DNA of 64,000 nucleotides. Source: Nemertoderma westbladi. Taxonomy: Eukaryota > Animalia > Xenacoelomorpha. Each line of letters starts with the position of its first letter. Positions within the stretch are counted from its first letter, which is position 1. The notes beneath the pieces are model-generated. The model saw nothing but the letters and a program-made list of their open reading frames with translations. It had not been told where the DNA came from and did not search any database. The translations under genes were made by a program, and so were the position numbers. Positions 26,222 to 42,607 of the stretch are shown here, piece by piece. The stretch is from positions 1 through 64,000 of the forward strand of contig JAUCBJ010006371.1 in the NCBI GenBank assembly GCA_032718475.1, given 5' to 3'.

Positions 26222-27975
26222 GGGGGGGGGGGGGGGGGGGGGTATAGTAATTTTACAACGATTTGGTGGGTTTATGTATTTAGCGTGTAACTTTTGAAGA
26301 TATGAATGGTTTTTCTTGAATATAGTCCCATTTCAAAGCTAAAAGATGGGACATTAACTTAACAAAAAAAAATCCACAATAATTAACGTAATTAGCTTAA
26401 TTATGCATAAATAATAATTAATGAGGACAAATTACGAAACAGTAGAAACACGATTTCTCATTTAGTTCTCTATGGATTTTTAAAATTCTTTTTTTGTTTT
26501 AATGAGAATTATACCCGCATCAAAGTGAACGAGCAGAATTTTTTTTCTAGACCTCAGAGTTTTGGAATTATAACAAATTTTGTGACGCTTCGATGAAAAA
26601 TTCCGAAATTTTGGGAAAAAGTCACCATAACTTTTTTTCTAATTTTTGTTTCAAAATTCTGTTCGTTCATTTTATTGCACAGTTTCTGAGCATTCCAAAA
26701 CAAAAAACAGATTGAAAATCGGTTCACAAATGGCGGAGAAAATGTGTTTCCCATTTTTTAATATGTAAAAAAAATAGTTTTGAGTGAAATCGCTTTAAAG
26801 TTCGGTTATAATAATTCAAACCTTCCCGCCATTTTTAGTAATATGGATTTTTTTCCCATTTCATTTGTATAGTATTTTCGAATCAATCTTTGGTGCCAAT
26901 TTTGTACCTAATAAAAGTAACAAACAAAAACAAATTGGCAACATAACAAAATAGATTTTAACAATATTTAGCAGGATGAAAAAAAACCTTCGCGCAGCAC
27001 GAGAAATTAAGTGAAGCTTTATTTATAGAACAAATATTACTTTCTTATTAGAATATTAGAGTATTACACATATTATGACTAACATGAAACTTGAATTAAG
27101 ACTAATACAAAACAAAATAAGTAGTTCTGAAATCATTTACTTGAGGATAGATGTTAACTTTTTATTACTATTAAGAAAAGTTAACTTTTTATTACTATTA
27201 AGAAAAGTTTACTTTTTATTACTATTAAGAAAAGTTTACTTTTTATTACTATTAAGAAAAGTTAACTTTTCCCCACTATGGAATAAAATGCAATTTTTCA
27301 TGTTTTAGTTTTCACAATTTTTCACAATATTCACAAGTTTTCACTTAGACAACAATTTTTCTGTTAGGGTTTTTCTGGATGGTGATTTCATTTCCAATGA
27401 CAGTTTTTTCGTTTGATGGCAGCCAAACTGTATGTTTGGTTATCCGACTGTCAGTAATATTTTGACAGACTGACTGACAGACCGACATCCACAAAGACAG
27501 ACGCGGCGTCGTCAAATGTAAAAACTGACTTCAGAAATGAAATCTCTGACCAAGAAAACCCTTAGAACAGAAATTTTAGCTGGGTTGCGTGCTTGCTTAC
27601 ATTTCGACAGACTGACCGACAGACAGACAAATGTTTAGACAGACATATAGCAGTCTAGATTCTGAAAAATATTAGAACTGACTCGGGAAATTAAGTTACC
27701 GAATTAAAACACGGTAACATAAGTTATAGTTATAGTAGCTATAGTTATAGTAGTATATGGAGTGCTTTCTTAGACTACGTCAAGCAAACCGACAGGTGCT
27801 TTATAATAATTTTGATCAGACAGACCGACATACTGTTAGAAAATCCGCCACAACTCGAGAAATTAAATAGATCTCGCCAAGCCGTTTTCAGATTTAAAAT
27901 CCTCATAAAATTCTGCTCTTGATGAAATTATAAAAAAAAATCAAATTTTTTTACCAAAATTACTATACCCCCCCC
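26222..27975. mobile_element. Non-autonomous TTAA-targeting element with G-rich termini (Kolobok-like)
   Basis: TTAA|G(n)TATAGTAATTTT ... AAAATTACTATACCCCCCCC|TTAA; no ORF; internal 27-bp x4 repeat (27151-27270) and imperfect inverted repeat (~27354-27423 vs ~27505-27576). Superfamily inferred from TTAA plus purine termini. Confidence 0.75.
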
Positions 27976-28094
27976 TTAAAGCTAAATATAAATATTGTAC
28001 CCTTTTCTAATTTTAGGTGCCCCTAATTAACACGCCTCACTGCAATTTAGTACCATTACATTAGTACATTAGGTTCCAACATAGATACATTTAG

Positions 28095-31000
28095 TACCTA
28101 TGTTGGATCAGCTCCACAGCTCACATTATTACCATATTGGACCAGCACCACAGCTCACATTATTACCTATGTTGGACCAGCACCACAGCTCACATTATTA
28201 CCATGTTGGACCAGCACCACAGCTCACATTATTACCTATGTTGGACCAGCACCACAGCTCACATTATTACCTATGTTGGACCAGCACCACAGCTCACATT
28301 ATTACCTATGTTGGACCAGCGCCACAGCTCGCATTATTACCTATGTTGGACCAGCACCACAGCTCACATTATTACCTATGTTGGACCAGCACCACAGCTC
28401 ACATTATTACCATGTTGGACCAGCACCACAGCTCACATTATTACCTATGTTGGACCAGCACCACAGCTCACATTATTACCTATGTTGGACCAGCACCACA
28501 GCTCACATTATTACCATGTTGGACCAGCACCACGGCTCACATTATTACCATGTTGGACCAGCACCACAGCTCACATTATTACCTATGTTGGACCAGCACC
28601 ACAGCTCACATTATTACCTATGTTGGACCAGCACCACAGCTCACATTATTACCTATGTTGGACCAGCACCACAGCTCACATTATTACCTATGTTGGACCA
28701 GCACCACAGCTCACATTATTACCTATGTTGGACCAGCACCACAGCTCACATTATTACCATGTTGGACCAGCACCACAGCTCACATTATTACCTATGTTGG
28801 ACCAGCACCACAGCTCACATTATTACCTATGTTGGACCAGCACCACAGCTCACATTATTACCATGTTGGACCAGCACCACAGCTCACATTATTACCTATG
28901 TTGGACCAGCACCACAGCTCACAGTATTACCATGTTGGACCAGCACCACAGCTCACATTATTACCTATGTTGGACCAGCGCCACAGCTCACATTATTACC
29001 ATGTTGGACCAGCACCACAGCTCACATTATTACCTATGTTGGACCAGCACCTCAGCTCACATTATTACCTATTTTGGACCAGCACCACAGCTCACATTAT
29101 TACCACGTTGCCCCAGCACCACGGCTCACATTATTACCATGTTGGACCAGCACCACAGCTCACATTATTACCTATGTTGGACCAGCACCACAGCTCACAT
29201 TATTACCTATGTTGGGCCAGCGCCACAGCTCACATTATTACCATGTTGGACCAGCACCACAGCTCACATTATTACCTATGTTGGACCAGCACCTCAGCTC
29301 ACATTATTACCTATTTTGGACCAGCACCACAGCTCACATTATTACCACGTTGCCCCAGCACCACGGCTCACATTATTACCATGTTGGACCAGCACCACAG
29401 CTCACATTATTACCTATGTTGGACCAGCACCACAGCTCACAATATTACCTATATTGGACAGCAGTACAGCTCACATTATTACCTAGGTTGGACCAGCACC
29501 ACAGCTCACATTATTACCTATGTTGGACCAGCACCACAGCTCACATTATTACCATGTTGGACCAGCACCACAGCTCACATTATTACCATGTTGGACCAGC
29601 ACCACAGCTCACATTATTACCATGTTGGACCAGCACCACAGCTCACATTATTACCATGTTGGACCAGCACCACAGCTCACATTATTACAATGTTGGACCT
29701 GCACCACAGCTCACATTATTACCTATGTTGGACCAGCACCACAGCTCACATTATTACCATGTTGGACCAGCACCACAGCTCACATTATTACCATGTTGGA
29801 CCAGCACCACAGCTCACATTATTACCATGTTGGACCAGCACCACAGCTCACATTATTACCTATGTTGGACCAGCACCACAGCTCACATTATTACCTATAT
29901 TGGACCAGCACCGCAGCTCACATTATTACTATGTTGGACCAGCACCACAGCTCACATTATCACCTATGTTGGACCAGCACCACAGCTCACATTATTACCA
30001 TGTTGGACCAGCACCACAGCTCACATTATTACCATGTTGGACCAGCACCACAGCTCACATTATTACCATGTTGGACCAGCACCACAGCTCACATTATTAC
30101 CATGTTGGACCAGCACCACAGCTCACATTATTACAATGTTGGACCAGCACCACAGCTCACATTATTACCTATGTTGGACCAGCACCACAGCTCACATTAT
30201 TACCATGTTGGACCAGCACCACAGCTCACATTATTACCATGTTCGACCAGCACCACAGCTCACATTATTACCATGTTGGACCAGCACCACAGCTCACATT
30301 ATTACCTATGTTGGACCAGCACCACAGCTCACATTATTAGCTATATTGGACCAGCACCGCAGCTCACATTATTACCATGTTGGACCAGCACCACAGCTCA
30401 CATTATCACCTATGTTGGACCAGCACCACAGCTCGCATTATTACCTATGTTGGACCAGCACCACAGCTCACATTATTACCATGTTGGACCAGCACCACAG
30501 CTCACATTATTACCATGTTGGACCAGCACCACAGCTCACCTTATTACCTATATTGGACCAGCACCACAGCTAACATTATTACCATATTGGACCAGCACCA
30601 CAGCTCACATTATTACCATGTTGGACCAGCACCACAGCTCACATTATTACCATGTTGGACCAGCACCACAGCTCACATTATTACCATGTTGGACCAGCAC
30701 CACAGCTCACATTATTACAATGTTGGACCAGCACCACAGCTCACATTATTACCTATGTTGGACCAGCACCACAGCTCACATTATTACCATGTTGGACCAG
30801 CACCACAGCTCACATTATTACCATGTTGGACCAGCACCACAGCTCACATTATTACCATGTTGGACCAGCACCACAGCTCACATTATTACCATGTTGGACC
30901 AGCACCACAGCTCACATTATTACCTATGTTGGACCAGCACCACAGCTCACATTATTACCTATTTTGGACCAGCACCACAGCTCACATTATTACCTATGTT

Positions 31001-34000
31001 GGACCAGCACCACAACTCACATTATTACCTATGTTGGACCAGCGCCACAGCTCACATTATTACCATGTTGGACCAGCACCACAGCTCACATTATTACCAT
31101 GTTGGACCAGCACCAGAGCTCACATTATTACCTATGTTGGACCAGCACCACAGCTCACATTATTACCTATATTGGACCAGCACCGCAGCTCACATTATTA
31201 CCATGTTGGACCAGCACCACAGCTCACATTATCACCTATGTTGGACCAGCACCACAGCTCGCATTATTACCTATGTTGGACCAGCACCACAGCTCACATT
31301 ATTACCATGTTGGACCAGCACCACAGCTCACATTATTACCATGTTGGACCAGCACCACAGCTCACCTTATTACCTATATTGGACCAGCACCACAGCTAAC
31401 ATTATTACCATATTGGACCAGCACGACAGCTCACATTATTACCATGTTGGACCAGCACCACAGCTCACATTATTACCATGTTGGACCAGCACCACAGCTC
31501 ACATTATTACCATGTTGGACCAGCACCACAGCTCACATTATTACCATGTTGGACCAGCACCACAGCTCACATTATTACCATGTTGGACCAGCACCACAGC
31601 TCACATTATTACCATGTTGGACCAGCACCACATCTCACATTATTACCTATGTTGGACCAGCGCCACAGCTCACATTATTACCTATGTTGGACCAGCACCA
31701 CAGCTCGCATTATTACCTATGTTGGACCAGCACCACAGCTCACATTATTACCATGTTGGACCAGCACCACAGCTCACATTATTACCATGTTGGACCAGCA
31801 CCACAGCTCACCTTATTACCTATATTGGACCAGCACCACAGCTAACATTATTACCATATTGGACCAGCACGACAGCTCACATTATTACCATGTTGGACCA
31901 GCACCACAGCTCACATTATTACCATGTTGGACCAGCACCACAGCTCACATTATTACCATGTTGGACCAGCACCACAGCTCCCATTATTACCATGTTGGAC
32001 CAGCACCACAGCTCACATTATTACCATGTTGGACCAGCACCACAGCTCACATTATTACCATGTTGGACCAGCACCACAACTCACATTATTACCTATGTTG
32101 GACCAGCGCCACAGCTCACATTATTACCATGTTGGACCAGCACCACAGCTCACATTATTACCATGTTGGACCAGCACCAGAGCTCACATTATTACCTATG
32201 TTGGACCAGCACCACAGCTCACATTATTACCATGTTGGACCAGCACCACAGATCACATTATTACCTATGTTGGACCAGCACCACAGCTCACATTATTACC
32301 AATGTTGGACCAGAACCACAGCTCACATTATTACCTATGTTGGACCAGCACCACAGCTCACATTATTACCTATGTTGGACCAGCACCACAGCTCACATTA
32401 TTACCTATTTTGGACCAGCACCACAGCTCACATTATTACCACGTTGCCCCAGCACCACGGCTCACATTATTACCATGTTGGACCAGCACCACAGCTCACA
32501 TTATTACCTATGTTGGACCAGCACCACAGCTCACAATATTACCTATATTGGACAGCAGTACAGCTCACATTATTACCTAGGTTAGACCAGCACCACAGCT
32601 CACATTATTACCTATGTTGGACCAGCACCACAGCTCACATTATTACCATGTTGGACCAGCACCACAGCTCACATTATTACCATTTTGGACCAGCACCACA
32701 GCTCACATTATTACCATTTTGGACCAGCACCACAGCTCACATTATTACCATGTTGGACCAGCACCACAGCTCACATTATTACCATGTTGGACCAGCACCA
32801 CAGCTCACATTATTACCATGTTGGACCAGCACCACAGCTCACATTATTACAATGTTGGACCAGCACCACAGCTCACATTATTACCTATGTTGGACCAGCA
32901 CCACAGCTCACATTATTAGCTATATTGGACCAGCACCGCAGCTCACATTATTACCATGTTGGACCAGCACCACAGCTCACATTATCACCTATGTTGGACC
33001 AGCACCACAGCTCGCATTATTACCTATGTTGGACCAGCACCACAGCTCACATTATTACCATGTTGGACCAGCACCACAGCTCACATTATTACCATGTTGG
33101 ACCAGCACCACAGCTCACCTTATTACCTATATTGGACCAGCACCACAGCTAACATTATTACCATATTGGACCAGCACCACAGCTCACATTATTACCATGT
33201 TGGACCAGCACCACAGCTCACATTATTACCATGTTGGACCAGCACCACAGCTCACATTATTACCATGTTGGACCAGCACCACAGCTCACATTATTACAAT
33301 GTTGGACCAGCACCACAGCTCACATTATTACCTATGTTGGACCAGCACCACAGCTCACATTATTACCATGTTGGACCAGCACCACAGCTCACATTATTAC
33401 CATGTTGGACCAGCACCACAGCTCACATTATTACCATGTTGGACCAGCACCACAGCTCACATTATTACCATGTTGGACCAGCACCACAGCTCACATTATT
33501 ACCTATGTTGGACCAGCACCACAGCTCACATTATTACCTATTTTGGACCAGCACCACAGCTCACATTATTACCTATGTTGGACCAGCACCACAACTCACA
33601 TTATTACCTATGTTGGACCAGCGCCACAGCTCACATTATTACCATGTTGGACCAGCACCACAGCTCACATTATTACCATGTTGGACCAGCACCAGAGCTC
33701 ACATTATTACCTATGTTGGACCAGCACCACAGCTCACATTATTACCTATATTGGACCAGCACCGCAGCTCACATTATTACCATGTTGGACCAGCACCACA
33801 GCTCACATTATCACCTATGTTGGACCAGCACCACAGCTCGCATTATTACCTATGTTGGACCAGCACCACAGCTCACATTATTACCATGTTGGACCAGCAC
33901 CACAGCTCACATTATTACCATGTTGGACCAGCACCACAGCTCACCTTATTACCTATATTGGACCAGCACCACAGCTAACATTATTACCATATTGGACCAG

Positions 34001-37000
34001 CACGACAGCTCACATTATTACCATGTTGGACCAGCACCACAGCTCACATTATTACCATGTTGGACCAGCACCACAGCTCACATTATTACCATGTTGGACC
34101 AGCACCACAGCTCACATTATTACCATGTTGGACCAGCACCACAGCTCACATTATTACCATGTTGGACCAGCACCACAGCTCACATTATTACCATGTTGGA
34201 CCAGCACCACATCTCACATTATTACCTATGTTGGACCAGCGCCACAGCTCACATTATTACCTATGTTGGACCAGCACCACAGCTCGCATTATTACCTATG
34301 TTGGACCAGCACCACAGCTCACATTATTACCATGTTGGACCAGCACCACAGCTCACATTATTACCATGTTGGACCAGCACCACAGCTCACCTTATTACCT
34401 ATATTGGACCAGCACCACAGCTAACATTATTACCATATTGGACCAGCACGACAGCTCACATTATTACCATGTTGGACCAGCACCACAGCTCACATTATTA
34501 CCATGTTGGACCAGCACCACAGCTCACATTATTACCATGTTGGACCAGCACCACAGCTCCCATTATTACCATGTTGGACCAGCACCACAGCTCACATTAT
34601 TACCATGTTGGACCAGAACCACAGCTCACATTATTACCTATGTTGGACCAGCACCACAGCTCACATTATTACCTATGTTGGACCAGCACCACAGCTCACA
34701 TTATTACCTATTTTGGACCAGCACCACAGCTCACATTATTACCACGTTGCCCCAGCACCACGGCTCACATTATTACCATGTTGGACCAGCACCACAGCTC
34801 ACATTATTACCTATGTTGGACCAGCACCACAGCTCACAATATTACCTATATTGGACAGCAGTACAGCTCACATTATTACCTAGGTTAGACCAGCACCACA
34901 GCTCACATTATTACCTATGTTGGACCAGCACCACAGCTCACATTATTACCATGTTGGACCAGCACCACAGCTCACATTATTACCATTTTGGACCAGCACC
35001 ACAGCTCACATTATTACCATTTTGGACCAGCACCACAGCTCACATTATTACCATGTTGGACCAGCACCACAGCTCACATTATTACCATGTTGGACCAGCA
35101 CCACAGCTCACATTATTACCATGTTGGACCAGCACCACAGCTCACATTATTACAATGTTGGACCAGCACCACAGCTCACATTATTACCTATGTTGGACCA
35201 GCACCACAGCTCACATTATTAGCTATATTGGACCAGCACCGCAGCTCACATTATTACCATGTTGGACCAGCACCACAGCTCACATTATCACCTATGTTGG
35301 ACCAGCACCACAGCTCGCATTATTACCTATGTTGGACCAGCACCACAGCTCACATTATTACCATGTTGGACCAGCACCACAGCTCACATTATTACCATGT
35401 TGGACCAGCACCACAGCTCACCTTATTACCTATATTGGACCAGCACCACAGCTAACATTATTACCATATTGGACCAGCACCACAGCTCACATTATTACCA
35501 TGTTGGACCAGCACCACAGCTCACATTATCACCTATGTTGGACCAGCACCACAGCTCGCATTATTACCTATGTTGGACCAGCACCACAGCTCACATTATT
35601 ACCATGTTGGACCAGCACCACAGCTCACATTATTACCATGTTGGACCAGCACCACAGCTCACCTTATTACCTATGTTGGACCAGCACCACAGCTCACATT
35701 ATTACCATATTGGACCAGCACCACAGCTCACATTATTACCATGTTGGACCAGCACCACAGCTCACATTATTACCATGTTGGACCAGCACCACAGCTCACA
35801 TTATTACCATGTTGGACCAGCACCACAGCTCACATTATTACCTATGTTGGACCAGCACCACAGCTCACATTATTACCTATTTTGGACCAGCACCACAGCT
35901 CACATTATTACCTATGTTGGACCAGCACCACAACTCACATTATTACCTATGTTGGACCAGCGCCACAGCTCACATTATTACCATGTTGGACCAGCACCAC
36001 AGCTCACATTATTACCATGTTGGACCAGCACCAGAGCTCACATTATTACCTATGTTGGACCAGCACCACAGCTCACATTATTACCTATATTGGACCAGCA
36101 CCGCAGCTCACATTATTACCATGTTGGACCAGCACCACAGCTCACATTATCACCTATGTTGGACCAGCACCACAGCTCGCATTATTACCTATGTTGGACC
36201 AGCACCACAGCTCACATTATTACCATGTTGGACCAGCACCACAGCTCACATTATTACCATGTTGGACCAGCACCACAGCTCACCTTATTACCTATATTGG
36301 ACCAGCACCACAGCTAACATTATTACCATATTGGACCAGCACGACAGCTCACATTATTACCATGTTGGACCAGCACCACAGCTCACATTATTACCATGTT
36401 GGACCAGCACCACAGCTCACATTATTACCATGTTGGACCAGCACCACAGCTCACATTATTACCATGTTGGACCAGCACCACAGCTCACATTATTACCATG
36501 TTGGACCAGCACCACAGCTCACATTATTACCATGTTGGACCAGCACCACATCTCACATTATTACCTATGTTGGACCAGCGCCACAGCTCACATTATTACC
36601 TATGTTGGACCAGCACCACAGCTCGCATTATTACCTATGTTGGACCAGCACCACAGCTCACATTATTACCATGTTGGACCAGCACCACAGCTCACATTAT
36701 TACCATGTTGGACCAGCACCACAGCTCACCTTATTACCTATATTGGACCAGCACCACAGCTAACATTATTACCATATTGGACCAGCACGACAGCTCACAT
36801 TATTACCATGTTGGACCAGCACCACAGCTCACATTATTACCATGTTGGACCAGCACCACAGCTCACATTATTACCATGTTGGACCAGCACCACAGCTCCC
36901 ATTATTACCATGTTGGACCAGCACCACAGCTCACATTATTACCATGTTGGACCAGCACCACAGCTCACATTATTACCATGTTGGACCAGCACCACAACTC

Positions 37001-40000
37001 ACATTATTACCTATGTTGGACCAGCGCCACAGCTCACATTATTACCATGTTGGACCAGCACCACAGCTCACATTATTACCATGTTGGACCAGCACCAGAG
37101 CTCACATTATTACCTATGTTGGACCAGCACCACAGCTCACATTATTACCATGTTGGACCAGCACCACAGATCACATTATTACCTATGTTGGACCAGCACC
37201 ACAGCTCACATTATTACCAATGTTGGACCAGAACCACAGCTCACATTATTACCTATGTTGGACCAGCACCACAGCTCACATTATTACCTATGTTGGACCA
37301 GCACCACAGCTCACATTATTACCTATTTTGGACCAGCACCACAGCTCACATTATTACCACGTTGCCCCAGCACCACGGCTCACATTATTACCATGTTGGA
37401 CCAGCACCACAGCTCACATTATTACCTATGTTGGACCAGCACCACAGCTCACAATATTACCTATATTGGACAGCAGTACAGCTCACATTATTACCTAGGT
37501 TAGACCAGCACCACAGCTCACATTATTACCTATGTTGGACCAGCACCACAGCTCACATTATTACCATGTTGGACCAGCACCACAGCTCACATTATTACCA
37601 TTTTGGACCAGCACCACAGCTCACATTATTACCATGTTGGACCAGCACCACAGCTCACATTATTACCATGTTGGACCAGCACCACAGCTCACATTATTAC
37701 AATGTTGGACCAGCACCACAGCTCACATTATTACCTATGTTGGACCAGCACCACAGCTCACATTATTACCATGTTGGACCAGCACCACAGCTCACATTAT
37801 TACCATGTACGACCAGCACCACAGCTCACATTATTACCATGTTGGACCAGCACCACAGCTCACATTATTACCTATGTTGGACCAGCACCACAGCTCACAT
37901 TATTAGCTATATTGGACCAGCACCGCAGCTCACATTATTACCATGTTGGACCAGCACCACAGCTCACATTATCACCTATGTTGGACCAGCACCACAGCTC
38001 GCATTATTACCTATGTTGGACCAGCACCACAGCTCACATTATTACCATGTTGGACCAGCACCACAGCTCACATTATTACCATGTTGGACCAGCACCACAG
38101 CTCACCTTATTACCTATATTGGACCAGCACCACAGCTAACATTATTACCATATTGGACCAGCACCACAGCTCACATTATTACCATGTTGGACCAGCACCA
38201 CAGCTCACATTATTACCATGTTGGACCAGCACCACAGCTCACATTATTACCATGTTGGACCAGCACCACAGCTCACATTATTACAATGTTGGACCAGCAC
38301 CACAGCTCACATTATTACCTATGTTGGACCAGCACCACAGCTCACATTATTACCATGTTGGACCAGCACCACAGCTCACATTATTACCATGTTGGACCAG
38401 CACCACAGCTCACATTATTACCATGTTGGACCAGCACCACAGCTCACATTATTACCTATGTTGGACCAGCACCACAGCTCACATTATTACCTATTTTGGA
38501 CCAGCACCACAGCTCACATTATTACCTATGTTGGACCAGCACCACAACTCACATTATTACCTATGTTGGACCAGCGCCACAGCTCACATTATTACCATGT
38601 TGGACCAGCACCACAGCTCACATTATTACCATGTTGGACCAGCACCAGAGCTCACATTATTACCTATGTTGGACCAGCACCACAGCTCACATTATTACCT
38701 ATATTGGACCAGCACCGCAGCTCACATTATTACCATGTTGGACCAGCACCACAGCTCACATTATCACCTATGTTGGACCAGCACCACAGCTCGCATTATT
38801 ACCTATGTTGGACCAGCACCACAGCTCACATTATTACCATGTTGGACCAGCACCACAGCTCACATTATTACCATGTTGGACCAGCACCACAGCTCACCTT
38901 ATTACCTATATTGGACCAGCACCACAGCTAACATTATTACCATATTGGACCAGCACGACAGCTCACATTATTACCATGTTGGACCAGCACCACAGCTCAC
39001 ATTATTACCATGTTGGACCAGCACCACAGCTCACATTATTACCATGTTGGACCAGCACCACAGCTCACATTATTACCATGTTGGACCAGCACCACAGCTC
39101 ACATTATTACCATGTTGGACCAGCACCACAGCTCACATTATTACCATGTTGGACCAGCACCACATCTCACATTATTACCTATGATGGACCAGCGCCACAG
39201 CTCACATTATTACCTATGTTGGACCAGCACCACAGCTCGCATTATTACCTATGTTGGACCAGCACCACAGCTCACATTATTACCATGTTGGACCAGCACC
39301 ACAGCTCACATTATTACCATGTTGGACCAGCACCACAGCTCACCTTATTACCTATATTGGACCAGCACCACAGCTAACATTATTACCATATTGGACCAGC
39401 ACGACAGCTCACATTATTACCATGTTGGACCAGCACCACAGCTCACATTATTACCATGTTGGACCAGCACCACAGCTCACATTATTACCATGTTGGACCA
39501 GCACCACAGCTCACATTATTACCATGTTGGACCAGCACCACAGCTCACATTATTACCATGTTGGACCAGCACCACAGCTCACATTATTACCATGTTGGAC
39601 CAGCACCACAACTCACATTATTACCTATGTTGGACCAGCGCCACAGCTCACATTATTACCATGTTGGACCAGCACCACAGCTCACATTATTACCATGTTG
39701 GACCAGCACCAGAGCTCACATTATTACCTATGTTGGACCAGCACCACAGCTCACATTATTACCATGTTGGACCAGCACCACAGATCACATTATTACCTAT
39801 GTTGGACCAGCACCACAGCTCACATTATTACCAATGTTGGACCAGAACCACAGCTCACATTATTACCTATGTTGGACCAGCACCACAGCTCACATTATTA
39901 CCTATGTTGGACCAGCACCACAGCTCACATTATTACCTATTTTGGACCAGCACCACAGCTCACATTATTACCACGTTGCCCCAGCACCACGGCTCACATT

Positions 40001-41800
40001 ATTACCATGTTGGACCAGCACCACAGCTCACATTATTACCTATGTTGGACCAGCACCACAGCTCACAATATTACCTATATTGGACAGCAGTACAGCTCAC
40101 ATTATTACCTAGGTTAGACCAGCACCACAGCTCACATTATTACCTATGTTGGACCAGCACCACAGCTCACATTATTACCTATGTTGGACCAGCACCACAG
40201 CTCACATTATTACCTATGTTGGACCAGCACCACAGCTCACATTATTACCATGTTGGACCAGCACCACAGCTACATTATTACCTATGTTGGACCAGCCAGC
40301 ACCACAGCTCACATTATTACCTATGTTGGACCAGCACCACAGCTCACATTATTACCTATGTTGGACCAGCACCACAGCTCACATTATTACCATGTTGGAC
40401 CAGCACCACAGCCCACATTATTACCTATGTTGGACCAGCACCACAGCTCACATTATTACCTATGTTGGACCAGCACCACAGCTCACATTATTACCTATGT
40501 TGGACCAGCACCACAGCTCACATTATTACCATGTTGGACCAGCACCACAGCTCACATTATTACCATATTGGACCAGCACCACAGCTCACATTATTACCTA
40601 TGTTGGACCAGCACCACAGCTCACATTATTACCATTTTGGACCAGCACCACAGCTCACATTATTACCATGTTGGACCATCACCACAGCTCACATTATTAC
40701 CTATGTTGGACCAGCACCACAGCTCACATTATTACCTATGTTGGACCAGCACCACAGCTCACATTATTACCTATGTTGGACCAGCACCACAGCTCACATT
40801 ATTACCTATGTTGGACCAGCACCACAGCTCACATTATTACCTATGTTGGACCAGCACCACAGCTCACATTATTACCATGTTGGACCAGCACCACAGCTCA
40901 CATTATTACCATGTTGGACCAGCACCACAGCTCACATTAATACCTATGTTGGACCAGCACCACAGCTCACATTAATACCTATGTTGGACCAGCACCACAG
41001 CTCACATTATTACCTATGTTGGGCCAGCACCACAGCTCACATTATTACCTATGTTGGACCAGCACCACAGCTCACATTATTACCTATGTTGGACCAGAAC
41101 CACAGCTCACATTATTACCATGTTGGACCAGCACCACAGCTCACATTATTACCTATGTTGGACCAGCACCACAGCTCACATTATTACCATGTTGGACCAG
41201 CACCACAGCTCACATTATTACCATGTTGGACCAGCACCACAGCTCACATTATTACCTATGTTGGACCAGCACCACAGCTCACATTATTACCATGTTGGAC
41301 CAGCACCACAGCTCACATTAATACCTATGTTGGACCAGCACCACAGCTCACATTATTACATATGTTGGACCAGCACCACAGCTCACATTATTACCTATGT
41401 TGGACCAGCACCACAGCTCACATTATTACCTATGTTGGACCAGAACCACAGCTCACATTATTACCATGTTGGACCAGCACCACAGCTCACATTATTACCT
41501 ATGTTGGACCAGCACCACAGCTCACATTATTACCTATGTTGGGCCAGCACCACAGCTCACATTATTACCTATGTTGGACCAGCACCACAGCTCACATTAT
41601 TACCTATGTTGGACCAGAACCACAGCTCACATTATTACCATGTTGGACCAGCACCACAGCTCACATTATTACCTATGTTGGACCAGCACCACAGCTCACA
41701 TTATTACCATGTTGGACCAGCACCACAGCTCACATTATTACCTATGTTGGGCCAGCACCACAGCTCACATTATTACCTATGTTGGAACAGTACCACAGCT
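28095..41800. repeat. 34/35-bp satellite (~400 copies) ATGTTGGACCAGCACCACAGCTCACATTATTACC(T) with higher-order structure
   Basis: Direct inspection; lies in PARP4 intron 26123-42239. Confidence 0.98.
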
Positions 41801-42239
41801 GCTCACAGCAGCTAGGGCGTGAAGTGTATAAGGCGTGGCATGGGTTATTTTTCAAACATTTAAAAGGTTGCTGAATTTCACATTTTTGGAAAACAGGAAG
41901 AAAGGTTGTGCAGATAGAATAATTTATATTTAACCGGGTGCCTAAGTAGGCCTTGTTATGTTAGACATGGATGACAGTGTAGTCGTAATTATGTTATTTT
42001 TGTCCCGATAATTATAAGATAAATAATCATATTATTCCTCGAGAAAAATAATATTTTTTATTATTTTATATTTTTTGGTGAAATCTCTCAAATTTTTATT
42101 GTACGTATCGATAGAGTACCGAAGTATAGCAAATGTTTGAACCTGATTTGAACAAATTAATCAACACACTCTAAATTTTAAAAATATTTTGGTTATCGGA
42201 CAACCAGTCCTGTAACTTCCATTCATTTCTATTTTCCAG

Positions 42240-42422
42240 ATGATCCATCAGCTAGCAGCTCGAGCTCTTATTCGCGATTGGGAACAGGGGTTGCTTGGCA
42301 ACACAGCTGTGGAACACGAGTCATTGAAAATGACAACAAAATCGACAATTATAGAACTCAGCCAAATCTATCAAATAGTCACGGAATTTACTAGCTTTAT
42401 CGCTGTTGAGAAAAGAGAAAAA
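42240..42422 (+). CDS. PARP4: PARP4 exon: post-vWA helical region
   Basis: MIHQLAARALIRDWEQG...IIELSQIYQIVTEFTSFIAVEKR matches PARP4 MIHKLAARALIRDYEDG...TQFTSFVAVEKR; ttccag| acceptor, |gttagt donor. Confidence 0.95.
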
Positions 42423-42607
42423 GTTAGTCGTAATCTATTAGTAATGTATTGTGTTATTGTTATATTTTATATTTTTTTAACTGTTTGTTTCTGTGGAATT
42501 TCTAATAATTTGTACCTCGCCTTAATTTTCCAATTTCAAGGGGTTTTAATTAACAAATGAGATTTTACAATTGTAATATTGTATTTGTAACCATTACGTA
42601 TTTACAG

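Noticed and set aside
28100-41874. His/Tyr/Pro-rich 1000-aa ORFs in three frames
   Set aside because: The mix of 34- and 35-bp units constantly shifts frame; the unit simply lacks + strand stops; the region is intronic
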